From positions 15,122,843 to 15,186,842 of the forward strand of contig JARFYF010000050.1 in assembly GCA_030265395.1 (NCBI GenBank): a DNA stretch of 64,000 nt. Direction: 5' to 3'. Positions 13,400 to 27,200 of this stretch are shown piece after piece. Origin of the DNA: Rhina ancylostomus. Lineage: Eukaryota. The notes beneath the pieces are model-generated. The model ran no database searches. It saw only the letters and a program-made list of their open reading frames with translations, and was not told the origin of the DNA. The translations under genes and the position numbers were made by a program. How positions within the stretch are numbered: the stretch's first letter is position 1; every line of letters starts with the position of its first letter.

Positions 13400-15205
13400 T
13401 GTTCCAATTATGTTGTGATCATCTTCCTAGACATTCCCTTGGGATCAAGGATAACTGGCTTCCACTCCTTTTTTTGTATTCTGATGTTGTTAATAAGGAC
13501 AATATGGGAACAGCAGGCTCTTCCCGAACCATGGCTTCCCCTTTGTCATAGTGGACAGAGCTCTTAACCTCATGCATCTATTTCCTGCACCTCCGCTCTC
13601 ACCCCTTCTCCTCCTGGATCGAGTTCTCCTGGTCCATATCTTCCATCCCACCAACTTCCACAATCAATGGTTCATCCTTTGCAATTTCTGCCAGCTCCAA
13701 CAAGGTTCCACAATCAGACACACATTCCCCTGAATTTCCTTTCAGCATTTCAAAGGGATCACTCACTTCATGACTCCCTGATCTGCTCTTCTGTTCCACC
13801 CACCACTCTCCGTCCTCTGGCACTTTCCATGCAACCATAGTAAGTGCAATGCCTGTCCTTTCGCCTCTTCCCTTCTCACCATTCAGTTATCCAAACAGTC
13901 CTTCTAGGTGAAGCAGTGATTCGCCTGCACTTATTCCTGCACTGAATGTACTGCATTCAGTGTTCACAATGTGGGAGATCACTTTGNNNNNNNNNNNNNN
14001 NNNNNNNNNNNNNNNNNNNNNNNNNNNNNNNNNNNNNNNNNNNNNNNNNNNNNNNNNNNNNNNNNNNNNNNNNNNNNNNNNNNNNNAATGTGGGAGATCA
14101 CTTTGCAGAGTACCTGCACTCAGTCTGCAGGAGTGATCCTGAGCTTCCAGTTGCCTGCCATTGTAATTCACCATCCCACTCCCACTGACCTTTCTGTCTG
14201 TGGCCTCCTGCATTGTTATAACTGGGTCCTCCACGAGATTGAAGAACCCCCTCATCTTTCATCTGGGCACATTGCAGCCTGCAGGACGCTAAATCAAATT
14301 CTCCAACGTTAGATAATTCACATTTTCTGTTTGTATCAGAACTGGTCATTTTTACCTGCCATTATTTTGCCTCCGGTTTCTTTTTCTTTTGTAATAGCTG
14401 CCCTGTGGGGTATGTGCCATTGTCTTACCATTTAGCAACACCTTAAACGGACAAAGAAGTTTTATCTTAACTGCCACATTAGGTCATTCAGTCACAACGC
14501 ATCAGAGGTATCCCCTTCCCCCGTTTTTTCTGTTACCCAAATTAAATTATTTCTCATTTTCCATGTTCTGGTGAAGTGTCCGAGATCTGAAGCATTGACT
14601 GTTTCTCTTTTCTGTTTCCAGCATCTGCGTTTTTTTTTGCATTCTTCCACGAATGGGGCAGGCAGGCAGGCAGGCGAGTTGTTTGTCAGATGAGCCACTC
14701 CGTCTGCCACACTGCTTAATGTTCCTGATGCAGTCTCAAGGTTTTCAGTACCATTTCAGATGCTCCTTCTCCACTTTGAGTGGTCATGGGCCAGAGATTC
14801 CCAGGAGTCAGTGGGGATGTTCCATTTCTTCAGTCAAGCTTTGAGGAAATCCTTGATCATTTTCTCTGTCCACTTAGTAATTTCTTCCCAAGACAGAGCT
14901 CAGAAGAGAGTACCTATTTCTGGAGTCTGATGTTGGGCATGCAAAAGATGTGGCATGCCTACTATAGTTGACTGAATGTAATTAGCGCCTCAACACTGGG
15001 GATGTTGATCTGAGAGAGGACACTGATTTGTTTGTCCTTCCAGTGAATTTAGAGGATTTTGCAGAGAGAATATTGGTTGAATTTTTCCCGGGCCTTGAAA
15101 TATCTGCTGTTGATTGCCCAGATCGCAAAATGGCCTCTGGATAATTGAGGAAAAGAGTTTTTGAAGACAAAGACTCAGATCTGACATAAAACTCATGGTC
15201 CAGTT
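13400..15205 (-). mobile_element. RTE-clade LINE 3' portion, split by a Penelope-like element and with an inverted 5' segment
   Basis: 3' tail at 13400-13524. Minus-strand 14930-15110 reads SRYFKAREKFNQYSLCKIL*IHWKDKQISVLSQINIPSVEALITFSQL**ACHIFCMPNIRL. Plus-strand 15130-15200 reads ASG*LRKRVFEDKD/LRSDIKLMV. Confidence 0.8.
13525..14642 (+). mobile_element. Penelope-like element (GIY-YIG endonuclease region plus terminus)
   Basis: YCIQCSQCG and VGDHFAEYLHSVCRSDPELPVACHCNSPSHSH match PLE GIY-YIG motifs (YCIRC..CG..YIGET..LGDRFAEH...PVA.HFN..H). TCTTCC occurs at both junctions. Confidence 0.85.
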
Positions 15206-15745
15206 ATAGAAGGTGCTTGTGAGACCACCTCCTGAGTATTGTGTGCAGGTCTGATCTAAGCACCTAAGGAAGGATACATGTGATAGAATACAGATAACTG
15301 GATTGATTTTGATATGGGGGGGAGGGTGTGGGGGAAGTTGTTGAACAAAGAACAAATTAAACATGCTTTGTCTGTATTCTTGAGTTTAGAAGAGTAAGAG
15401 CTGATCTCATTGAAATACAATTTATTTTTCTGGGACTTCATGGCATAGATACAGTGTGGATGGTACTGTGGCTGAAATCTAGACCTGGCAGCTACAGTCT
15501 CAAAATTAAGGGTTGACCTTTTAGGAGAGGGATGAGAAGAAATTTCTTTACCCAGATGCTGGTAAATCTGTGGAATTCTGACTGAAGAGGACGATGGATG
15601 CTTGATCATTCAGTATATTCATAACTGAGAACAGATTTTAAGGGAATCAAGGAATGTGGAGTTAGTGTCCCAAAGTTAGTGGCGCTGAGATAATAGATCA
15701 GTCATGATACTGAACGGCTGAGCAGGCACAAGGTTTCTATTTTTG
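15200..15745 (+). mobile_element. CR1-type LINE 3' portion
   Basis: QL*KVLVRPPPEYCVQV*SKHLRKD motif at about 15200-15275 and a CR1 3' tail near 15700. Confidence 0.8.
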
Positions 15746-18700
15746 TTTCTGTTTCTATTATATGCCTAAGATCTTGAATGTTGATAAACTGAATTAATCC
15801 GAGTATCTTAATTTAGATTCAATCTAGGACAACCAATTGTGTTTAAACAGATTTAGCCTGATTGTGGCTCATTTCATATTATTCTGTTTGCCTTGAAGAT
15901 TCTTATTGCAAAAAGAGAACCATAGAACTGATTCTGTACAGGGTGCTTCTATCAGGCTGAAGTGCAGAGTCAAAGCAAGGTCTAGGGAGCAGTTCTGTAA
16001 GGTTATGCTGAGGACAAACTGGTTTATTTGGTTCTCAAGCAACTCTATTATAAAGTAAAAGGATTTATGCTTACAGCAGCAGAATACACTTTAAAACACG
16101 GGTTAATCAGCCCTTTGTGAGAAGCAGTCACATATCTTCGATAGTTTTCAGCACTGAGCATTTAGCAAAACTGCATTGATACCTTTTTCACCCTCCTGCA
16201 TCTCTCCCAGCTTGTCTTTCTTGTATGCTGAGGTGGTTTGATGCAGCCAAATAAGGTGGTGATTTTCCACTCCTCCTCTGAGTCCTTTGTTGCCATACAA
16301 GGAACTGTTTTTCTCCACCTCTGCTCACATGTCTGTTCCCTTAGTTAAAACATTTTGCTTTTGTGATTACTGTGAAAACTGCCAGTTCAGCAGTGACGCT
16401 GCTTTAGATGTAACACACAGGTCATTATCATCATGAATCCTAGTTCTTGTGGTTTTCCTACCAACATGATACACCAAATCTGGGAAAGTGGCATAGAATG
16501 TACAATGGGGAAGTGTACTATTTTCAGAACTGTCATCCTTAATATTGAGGAAAACCACACTTTATTTTTCATGGAATGCATAATGTCAATTGTAAAGGAA
16601 ACTGTATGGGGGGGTGGTGCGGAAGGGCAGGTTTAAAGAAAAGTGCAATATTCAAAGATTGTGATGTGTTTTAACAGCTTACTAAAACCAATAAAGAATC
16701 TGTTGGCCCTTTTCAGCTAACCAGTTTTACATACAAGTATGCCGATAAGAATTTATGTGAATTGAAATGTTGTAAACATTAGTTCGTTTGCAGTTTATAC
16801 TTTGTTGAAAGAAGGAATGCTATCTGCGCAGTTTGTAAGTTTGTATTAATGTTCATTTGGATCTTAGCGGAAAGCACAATTATGAAACATTCTTATTGAG
16901 CTCGCTACTCTTTCTTTGGCCTAATTTGAAAGCTGACAAATAAATCACACATATTCATTTCTGTAGCATATAGTAATTCATGAAGTTCTGTAATTGCATT
17001 TTTGAATCTGAGAGAAGATTTTGCAGTTTTTATACCATTATTCATATTTTATCCATTTTTATCTTTAGCAAAGATAAAACCTGATGTAAACAATGAAAAT
17101 TTTTGTTAGCTTTCAGAAGCGGTTTTGTTTACAACTGAAAATGGATCTAGATCCTCTGTACTTTCAACATACTGAGCCAAATTCTGACGTTATGTACTGA
17201 TTATATTCTTTGATTTACAAATAGGTGGGTTGCTCATCAGTGGTGGATAAAGGGGAGTTAGAAACCCAGAAATTTGGCAGTTTTAACATATGCTTCCAAT
17301 TATTTCAGTCCCTTGATCCCAATGGCTTAGCAAAGCTCTTAATTTCAAAGACATTTCTTTCCTATCACCCTTAATTATATAATAACCAATTTCAATTATT
17401 TGGTAGCTTTGATCATTTTAAATTGGGTTAATTTTGAATGTGATGGCCAGCAATAAGATTCTGGTTTGAGAAATGCCTTTTCATCAGATCAGGTGGTTTT
17501 TTTTAGGACTTGTAGGAATATGTGTAGAAGCTTGCTCTTCGATCTCTATAAACATGAAGAATTACTTGTTTGATCTCAGGTTTCTTCATCCAAAGACCAA
17601 ATGTGGATCTTAAATTGTTTGCTTTGGAAAATAAAGTTCTGGAAAATTCTGCCACTTGTTAGTGAGCTTTTTATTATTGTAGTCTGCTTGTTTATATGGC
17701 AGTTAAGCCATATTTAAAAATCTGCTTTTTTTCAGGTTACAATCATTTGTGCAGATGAGGCAGGCTGTTCAACTTGATCAGGTCATTCTTTCAGAGAAAC
17801 TAATGATTTTGCAAAAGTCTTTTTTTTCCTCACATTTAAGTTTAACATGGTGTCATGTTCCTGATTTCCAGATAACTGTGCATCTTGCATTTCTCTTTTT
17901 CATGTCTTTCACTTCTATTCAGAGTTGAAATTCCTAATTTTTTTTCCCAGTCATTCCTCTCGATGTGGTCCTCTGGGATTTGAGATCTGTGCTGTTGGGG
18001 TGAGGTGGGTGGCAGGTAGGTTTCTGAAGAGGTCAATGTTCCTCTGGCATTTGACAACCTTGAACTACAAAGTGCTGAAGCTGCGACTCGAGCACTGTAC
18101 ACAGGTTGACTGCCTCTCATTTGTTTTCCGGCAACATGACTCCACTGGTGCCCTGACTGGATTACTGTCCTCCATAATTTAAATGTTTCCCATTCTTCCA
18201 GGGTGTACTGTTTGTACTGAATGTAACCTATTTTACTAAAGCAAATATTGTCTGGATTCTGTTTAAGTTCTTTGAATTTTGCTACCTCCCCCTTACTAGT
18301 CATGTTGTTATTTTGTATTTTGCTGATTCAGTTTTCACTTCAAAGCCCAAGCAGTGCTGATTGGGACATTCCACTCGATTCATTTCCCCAGCTCCATTTG
18401 TTCCTAAATAACCATTACCCGCTTCTACTTCTCTTTAGCTAGATCCTTAAATACATTCAGTATGTTTATTTCTTGTAAAATATATTTAAAAGCTTTTGGG
18501 ATACATAAATAGACTACTGCCATTCTGCCAATTTGTGTGACCATGAGGAGGGTTGGTCGGTCAGGACCTCTTTCATCTGAAAGTATGTTGACTGCCAATC
18601 ACCAGGGTTATTTTCATTCTATTAACACTCCAGATTGTTTATTGCAATTCTATTTTTTTTGCCAAGTTATTGAAGCAACTCTGTTGGCACAATGTATACA

Positions 18701-21700
18701 TGCACAAGTGTGTTTTGTGTCAATATACTAAAAAGTCAAATGTCTCTCCCCTAGCACATTTCCAGTTATCATTGTTAATTTTATATGTACTTCATCTCCT
18801 ATGTAAATTCCCAAATCAGACATTTTAACATCTCTTCACTTTTAATTACTTTATTCTTCCTGTTATTATCCACCTCACTGGAAGGCAAACTTTTTCCTCA
18901 ATAATTTTTTCCTGAGCATATGGCTAAGATTAGAAAACTGTGAAAATTGTTCTTAAGTCAAAGCAATAATCACACTTCAGAAAGTAATCAAGGTTCCAAT
19001 AAAAAGCTAGTTAAGTTCAGCAATAAACTGCATGCAAAATATGGTCATATTGGCTATATTTCATGTGATTATTTTATTATAAACATTGGAATGATGTTTA
19101 ATGCCTTAATTTACAAATCCTATGATTGCTTCACTGCATCGGTATCTACAACCTTCTTCAGCCTCTGCTCTTAATTCATTCTAGGTTCATATTTTTCAGA
19201 TTTCATGGATTTAAATCCTAAAAACAAAACTTTTTTTCATCTTGCCACATTGCTCCCAACATTAGAAACTTCTTCAGCTTTGGAATAACTTGGTTGCATT
19301 TCCTTGGTTGCTCTCAATCTTCAATAAACCATTCTACAGCACATTAGAACATTTTATAACTTTAACTTCCATTTACATAATTCCTTTAATGCATTTTATG
19401 AATTTGCATGACATAAGATGTTGAACCAGTAAATTCCTAGGCGTTAGTGTGCTATCATGCCATGTTCACAAAGGTTTTGCCCTGGCATTCTTGCTTCCTG
19501 ATCACAGTAATGTGAGATAAATTCTGTGTGTTTGCCAGTTAGGAAATGCATGCAACAGTTATAGTTTATGATGGCAATTGGACCCCTAGGTTATATTATA
19601 ATGGTGAAAAAAATCAGTAATAAATTGTTGCTTTTTAATAAACCAGTTTTCTTGTCAACTGCTACTATTTATAAATAAGATTCTTCTAAACCCCTTTTGA
19701 TGATGCACCCCTCAACTTTACAAGGATGTTTTAATCGCTGATCTTATAGTAGCTGAGCTTATAACCTTTAAGGACATAAACCCCTAGAATTCAGCACATT
19801 GTTCATACACCTTAATCTTTGTGGGACAGAATTGTTGCATAAAATTAATCTCCTTTTACAATTAGTAACAGTACACTTCACATGCAAAAGATTCAATTTG
19901 CATTTTAATGTGCATGTCGTGCGCATACTTCATGCAGATGTGCACAGACATTGTTGATCCATGATGATCAACAGCATCATGGAAACTGCATGATTGACAA
20001 ACTGCATGGGGATTGTCCAGAATTTACCATGACCAGACTCTTAATTACTTTGGCTACAAGATCATTGGAGGCAGTATTAAGCAATCNNNNNNNNNNATTT
20101 TCATTGCCATCCAGCCTCATGTGTAGTATGTGCTAAGTACAAAGATGGCAGTAATGCAAAAGTTTTCTCCCCCCTTTCAGCTATGGCTTTGACTTGTACC
20201 AGACAGAAAGACGATGGCTGTTGAAGATTGACTACTGTACTACTTGCTCATGGTGTGCTCCAAGTAGCATGTCATCCTCTCATATCTTCCCTTATCAGAA
20301 AGATAGATCCTCACCATCTTCAATTGTAATTAGGACAAGCAATAAATGAAGAGCTTCCAGCAACAACTACCACCCATGATTGCTGTATTGACTCATGAAC
20401 TTAATTGCTTTGGCTGCATGATTGTTAGAAGCTGTACATGCTAGGTAGTGGAATTCAATTCCTTATTTCAGAAAGTATTCCACAATCTGCAAGGTGCAGG
20501 TTAAAAAAAATTCTGCACAATTCCAAATACATAGGAGAATCTATTTAGCAAAACTAATCTGCTTCATTTGCTACTCAAAAAGTTCATGGCAGTATCTTCG
20601 CAACATTATTACCACTTTCCCACACTAACCCCATTATCTTCAATGTGTGCTGTGGTGGCAGATGTGGGGTTAGTGGAGGAAATGGTGCTGATGTTGGCCA
20701 TAATCTTATTGAAAAGGAGCCAAATAACTTAATCTATTTTCATACACTCTGAAGGTGAACAAAGAGAAACTGAAATCCTAATAGTAACACAGTTCTCATG
20801 TTGCTACTCCTCTGTTGATGATACCCTTCTATACAAATCAAAAGAGCCAAGCAATATCAATTCACAGCCAGATACATGATCTAATAACACATACAAATCC
20901 TATTGGTGGTTTTCTTTCATGTACCTTTGTCTGTGGCACTAATTCTAGGCAGTGTTTTCATACAAGTACCCAAGGTGATCAATGATTGTCTCAACAATGG
21001 AGGTTGCTGAAGGCCATGAAATGTAATCACAGTCAATTCCATCAAACAAACAAGGAGGGAGTGCTGCTTTCATTATGTGGTCTGCACTAAATGTAACTCC
21101 AGTTGCCAGTAATGTGATTGATTTGTAACTGTCCTCTGAAATGACCGAGCAAGCTAATTAGTTCAAGGCCAATTGGTAGGGGCAATGATTGGGAGCCTTG
21201 TTCATAGCATGCAAATGGATTTTTTTAAGAGTGACTGATCCATCCTTGAACTGTGTCAAATTAAAATGAACAGCAACAATCTGAGCTAACTGGCTGTCAT
21301 TAAGGAAGAGGATGGCAGATGTCTGCTCCACAGAACTACCACTGCTTCCTGGAGGAGGACATCAGCAATCATCGTAATTTGTTGAAAAGCTTATTGAGAA
21401 TTGTTATTTGGAGCGGGACAGAAGCAGTCTCACCTTGCTGGGCAGTGAATTTAATTTCCACTGCTGTTCTCAGCTGCTGAATATCTTGTGATGGAAGGCT
21501 GCTACCCATCGCTGTACCACAGTTGGGTGAACAAATGTTGGCAGGAACTTGGCCACCACCCTCACACTGAAAAGGAAAGGTCCCAGATTCCAGTGCAAAG
21601 AAAAGTGCAAGTCAGAAAACAAGCTCTTCCAAGTGGCCTGACATCTCACACAGGGGCACAGTGCTCCAAGCAACTCAATGAGCTTGGTCCTTGGCATTCA

Positions 21701-23339
21701 TCAATTGACTGCCCCATTACAGTCCTTACCTGAGTTCACCAGAGCAGAAGTGGTGTGTGACTTTGCCCTCTGGGCAGCTGGCATACAAACCACCCTTTCC
21801 CCTCACCTGCTTGGTCTGCTCATTCGTAAGCATTCACCTTGTACAGATCACATCTCTACACTAGTCCCCAGTGTCAGCAATGTGCCAGGATCCGGCTATC
21901 GGACAGAGTGACACAATGCCTGCTTCTTCCTCTCACATACTCTGGTCTAAGCAGCTGCTATTTTAGTATCTAAACTGAGAAAGCCACAAAGGTATGGGCA
22001 CAGTAAAGGGAGAGCACAAGGGAGGGGACATGTTGAGGCCATCTGAAACTTTTAAGACAGAACATGGTGTAGGGTATGAGAAACAAGATTACATATGACT
22101 ATATAGACAAATTCAGTGATTTCTGATCCTCTGCTGTCCACCAGCTCTTTAGTTGCCAAGCTCATGATTGCTAGCACCCTCTATTCAATGTAGCTAAGCC
22201 TAAGCCCCACTACCTTTGGTGTTGCAAGTAATGATTATATGATCTTCTGCAAGAGAGAGGAAGGAGTCTTGGTGATTGTGTTGTAGTGACAAAGTGATCT
22301 GCCTGACATGATTGAATAGCTGGAAGTGTGTGAAAGGCATGAAACGTGTATGTGAGTGGTTCAATGATTTTTGTTCCTAATAAGGTACATGAACAGTATG
22401 NNNNNNNNNNNNNNNNNNNNNNNNNNNNNNNNNNNNNNNNNNNNNNNNNNNNNNNNNNNNNNNNNNNNNNNNNNNNNNNNNNNNNNNNNNNNNNNNNNNN
22501 AGGTACATGAACAGTATGTAGTAATGTTGATTACTGGGGCCTGTGGCAATGTGGTCAAATGGGTAGTGTGTGAGTGAGATTGTACTTTACAGTCTTACAG
22601 CAGCTTACACTACCCTGAACCCCACATGTAAGGACATTAAGTTTTCAACACTCAGATCATGTCTTAATAGAGCAGTGCCACCCTTTCCTGTCCAATTCTT
22701 CCCAATGCTGTTTCATTTCTATCCAGGAAGGTTTCCTGGGCCCCTAATGAGCTTGAGGGGGAATGGTGTGCTGCTCCTGGTCTGTGGCACAGTCCTTCCA
22801 AAAATGTCTCTCCAGCGGCACTATGACTTTCAGCAATAGCTGATCACCTTTTTAGGTGGTGCAAGGAATGTATGAATTATTAATGATTGATTTCAGCTGG
22901 TGCATGTGACTCCTGAAATAAAACATGGTCAATATTTTGAAGTAGGCATAAGATCAAGACTGATATCTCTTGAATGTGTGAATCCCTGTACAAGATGAAT
23001 AGCACCAGAAAAAAAAGGGTTAATTACCCCAATCAGCATCATTTTACATTGTGTTTATATGCCTAATTACATTTCTGCCCTACAATATCCTGTTATTTTT
23101 GGCATGAAATTTAAAGTACTATTGGCCTAGATGCCAGATGAGTGTATAATTAATTTGTGAATCACATTGGTTATTTAAGAATCTTGAAATACATCTTGAA
23201 TAGATTATTAAGCATTAAAAAGAGTGTTAGTTCAGCAAAAGGCATGTAAATCATTATCTGAGATCCAAAAGCCCCTGGAAAACTTGGAGAAAGATACTTT
23301 CATTGTAAAATCTCTCACTCTCTCATAAAGGAATGTCCT

Positions 23340-24370
23340 GCTTTGCTAATTATTATGGACTCTCAAAAGGCACTTGATAAGATTCTTTAGATAAGACTGT
23401 TAGCTGGAATGACTAACTTGCAGATACCAGTTACTAGAAGCTACTGTGATTGAAGACAATTTATTGACTTATCTGAAAAATTAGCTGAGTGTCGAAAGAC
23501 CACAAGTAAGGGCAATGTACAGGTATGAAATTTGCAGAATGTAATTTGTGGGGTACCACATTGTGTTTATTGGGGCTTCAGCTATTCACCTTATTCCCAA
23601 ATGATTTAGACTGAGAGGAAAAACAGAACTTTAGATGATAGATTTTAGCGTAGGCAATTGTGAGATCATCCACTTTGGAATTAAAGATGATAGGAAAATG
23701 TTCTTTTTGATACTTAAGAATCCACATACAGAGATAATTGAAATATCATGGACAAGTGTAGATAATAAAAATGATACTGGAATGCACTCATTTATATACA
23801 GACAACTGGCGTACAAACAGTTACAAGTTGTGCAACTACTATACAAAGTTCTGGTGAGACCACACTTAGAACATGGGCACCAGAGAGAAGGATGCATTGG
23901 CCTTAGAAGTGTAATGCAGACTTACCAGTATGCTACAAGGAGAGTTCATGGACCAGTATGCTACAAGGAGAGTTCATGGAAACTGGGGTTATGTTCACAG
24001 AAATTTTGGAAGTGGTGGAGTGACTTGATTGAAGATTTCAAGATATTAACTTGAACTATCCCCTTGGTCTTAGTTTCTCTAATCACTGGAACAGTGATTA
24101 AGGAATGTAAGACTAGGGGGCATGGTCTAAAAATTAGAACAAGTCTGTTCAGGAATGAAGTTAGGAAACACAAAGGTGGTAGAGGTTTGGTATTGCTTCC
24201 TGCAAATCGTAGTTGTTGCTAGTTCATTGGTTAATTTTAAATCTGAAATTGCTAACACTTTGTTAATCAGAGGTAATTAGGGAAAAAAGTGGGTAAGGAT
24301 ATGGGGTAGGTCGAACATGACTGAATGGCAAGGAGGTTCAGGAGGATAAATAGTTTACCCCTGGTTCTAT
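23340..24370 (+). mobile_element. CR1-type LINE, decayed
   Basis: CEIIHFG, LYKVLVRPHLEH and DLIEDFKIL remnants in ORF 23635-24054; contains a perfect 28-bp tandem duplication at 23924-23979. Confidence 0.8.
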
Positions 24371-25679
24371 GTTCATTTTACATAGATCGATGTCATTTAA
24401 ACTACTTACAAATTTTTCACTTTACTGGAGAAAATTTAGCTTGTGAAAACCACTGAGCTAATTATCACAAATTGCTACCTATCCTCATTTTTAATTGTTT
24501 CAAAACTACAATTAAATATTTGGTGAGCTAGTGGAATAATTAATCGCTTAAATTTTGTAGTTCCACAGAAGCTGGAAGAAAAAAATTACCAAATGATGAG
24601 ACAATTCAGCTTGCTTCAACTTCCCCAACGGAGACATCAGCACAGTTGCTATTTATTTATCCATTGCTCATTGTTATCCTAGTTACTTTGCATGAAGATC
24701 GAGACATGAATCTGCAGGCATGAATTTGTGAAAATATTCTCTCCATTGTACATCAAAAATGCAAATGACCCATTAGTGCTACTTTTAGTGGCCTAGATAT
24801 CTATTATTTCTAGCCTTGTGTTCTTTTGGGGATTTCCAAGGGGATGATCTCATTGAGAAGTGATGGCATTCTGGGCATGATGACACTTTGATATCTTTAA
24901 GTTAAAAATTACTTTTGAAATCACTTGTGCAGTGTCTTGTCTTACATTGTTAATTGCTGAATACATGTTCCTGAGTCTATTTTTGTTTATACCGCAATTA
25001 TTGTGGGGATTTGCAAGCAAGCAAGAGAATCTGGGCTGGATTTTAGTCAGCCTGACTTACTGCAGCTAAAAGAGGAAACACCCTTTGCTTCCCCCTCACC
25101 CCCTTCACCCCTGCACACTGCACCTAATAAAACATTAGTCCTTAAAGCCTGTCAAAGCTCAGAATGCCCAATTCTAAAGCAGCCAAGAGAGCTAACCCAT
25201 TAGTTTGGCTTCAAATAATTATAGACACTACTCAAAGTATCTGAGGTAGCTACAGAAAAGAATTTCTGAATGAGGTGCCACATTGAGAAATGGCCAGCTT
25301 TACATGGTCCCCACAGCTCCCAACCCCATCTGACAGCTTTCTCAGTCTGAACAGAAAAGGCTTTCTCTCTATTAGTCTAAAGGTAACAACCATTGCTAGA
25401 AATAATATTCTCTTATTTGTACAATGAAAGTATTTTTCTCTCTGGTTTGATACAGTCCACATGTAATCTCATTGGTATTAGTCTTATAATTAATACTAAT
25501 TAGTATTAGTAACACGTGTCAAACGAAACTTTAGTTAGAATCTATTTTAAGGCTGTGCCACTTGTAAGATTGTGTCATATGACTAACTGCAGTTCCAACA
25601 TTGTAAATGTGAAAATTTCCAGAATCTGTCTATCTCTAAGAAGAAAGCTACTGTAAGAAATTCTGTTTTGATATCAATA

Positions 25680-26100
25680 AGAACAAGAGAACATAGGAAC
25701 AAGAGCTGCCCTTTCAAACCCTCAGTCTTGCTCCACCATTCCATAAACTTATGTCTGATCTTCCACCACAAGCTGTTTTTCCCAGCAGTATTGCCATATC
25801 CCTTTAATCACCAGAAAAATATATATCTTGATTTTCAATGACTGAACCTTCACAGCCCTCTAGGGTAGAGAGAAGTCCAAAGATTCACTACCCTTGATGT
25901 ACAGATTTCACCCCATTTGGCCACATTGGCTTTTAATTTTAACCCCCAGTTATGCAGTGATACATCCTCACTTCATCTCCCCTGTTGAACCCATTTCAGA
26001 ATAGAGGCCTAGCTTACTTAGTCTCTCCTCTCACATTCCTATTTCCTCTGCCAGACTAATTTAAACTCTTCTCCTCAAGCACTGGCAAAACCCCAGGGAC
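25680..26100 (-). mobile_element. CR1-type LINE 3' end, decayed
   Basis: Begins with the AGAACATAGGAACA-type tail and GCTCCACCATTC typical of reverse-strand CR1 ends. Confidence 0.6.
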
Positions 26101-26409
26101 GGTATTGGTCCTGGTTCCTGCTAAGCATTTGATATCATTAGAATGACAAGCTATATTTCTAGTGTCTTAATGAAAGTGACTGAGATGCAGAGCTTAGTGA
26201 CAGCGTTGAACCTGGTACTTGGGGTTATGGCTTTGGCAAAGCTTCCACATGCAACCTGGAAAGATGTCTGAATAGAAATTAAGTCCAATACAAGACTGTC
26301 AATACGGAACATTGTAGGCATTCTTAAATCCTGCATAAACTTGCAATGCAGCCCACTGAGCATATCAAAAATAATAATAGATACCGTGCTTACATTACAC
26401 CACATTGCA

Positions 26410-27200
26410 GTAAGAACATAATAGCATTAGAAGTCGGAGCACGAGGAGGCCATCTGGCCCTTCAAGCCTGTTATTGCCATTCATTAACATCACAGCATTT
26501 TCCACCGCTGTCATTATATCCCTTGACTCCCTTAACACCCAGAAATTGATCACTCTCTGCTTTTAAAGAACACAAAATTTGAGCTTCCACAACCTTCCAA
26601 AGTTCGAGGAAGAGACTTTCAAAGGTTTGCTGCCCTTTGAATGAAGAATGTTTTCCCCAGTTCAATTCTAACTGGCCTATCCCTCATTCTTAAATTGTGG
26701 TCCCAGGTCCTAGACTTCCCAGTCAGGGGAAACACTCTCCCTGCATTGAGCCTGTGAAGCTCTGTCAGAATTGATGAATTTTTCTCTCATTCTTATAAAC
26801 TCTGTGGAACATATTCCCTGTCTACTCAAATTCTCCTCATGCAGCAAAACTGTCATCCTGGAACCAGTCTAGTGGATCGTTACTGTACACATTCCTTGGT
26901 GGGTATATCATTTCTTGGGTAAGAAGCCCAAAGCACCACACATTACTCCAGGTGCAGTTTCACTGAGATCCTATGCAAGTGCAACAAGACTTCTTTACTG
27001 CTGTAATCAAGCCTCCCTCATAATAAAAGCTAACATATCAACTGCCCTCCTAAGTACTTGGCAGACCTGTATGTCGGCCTTTGGGGACTTTAGCATAAAA
27101 GTGGATAACTTGACAGTTCTCCACATTATATTCCATTTGCAACATTCTTGCCTGTTCATTCAGCTTATGCATGTGCCCTTGAGGAATCTTTACGTTATCC
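26410..27200 (-). mobile_element. CR1-type LINE 3' portion
   Basis: Minus-strand KLNEQARMLQMEYNVENCQVIHF (W.MEYNV.KCEVIHFG motif) and a CR1 tail at about 26410-26480. Confidence 0.8.

Noticed and set aside
25491-25508. Perfect 18-bp palindrome TAATACTAATTAGTATTA
   Set aside because: Isolated, AT-rich and low-complexity, with no supporting context.
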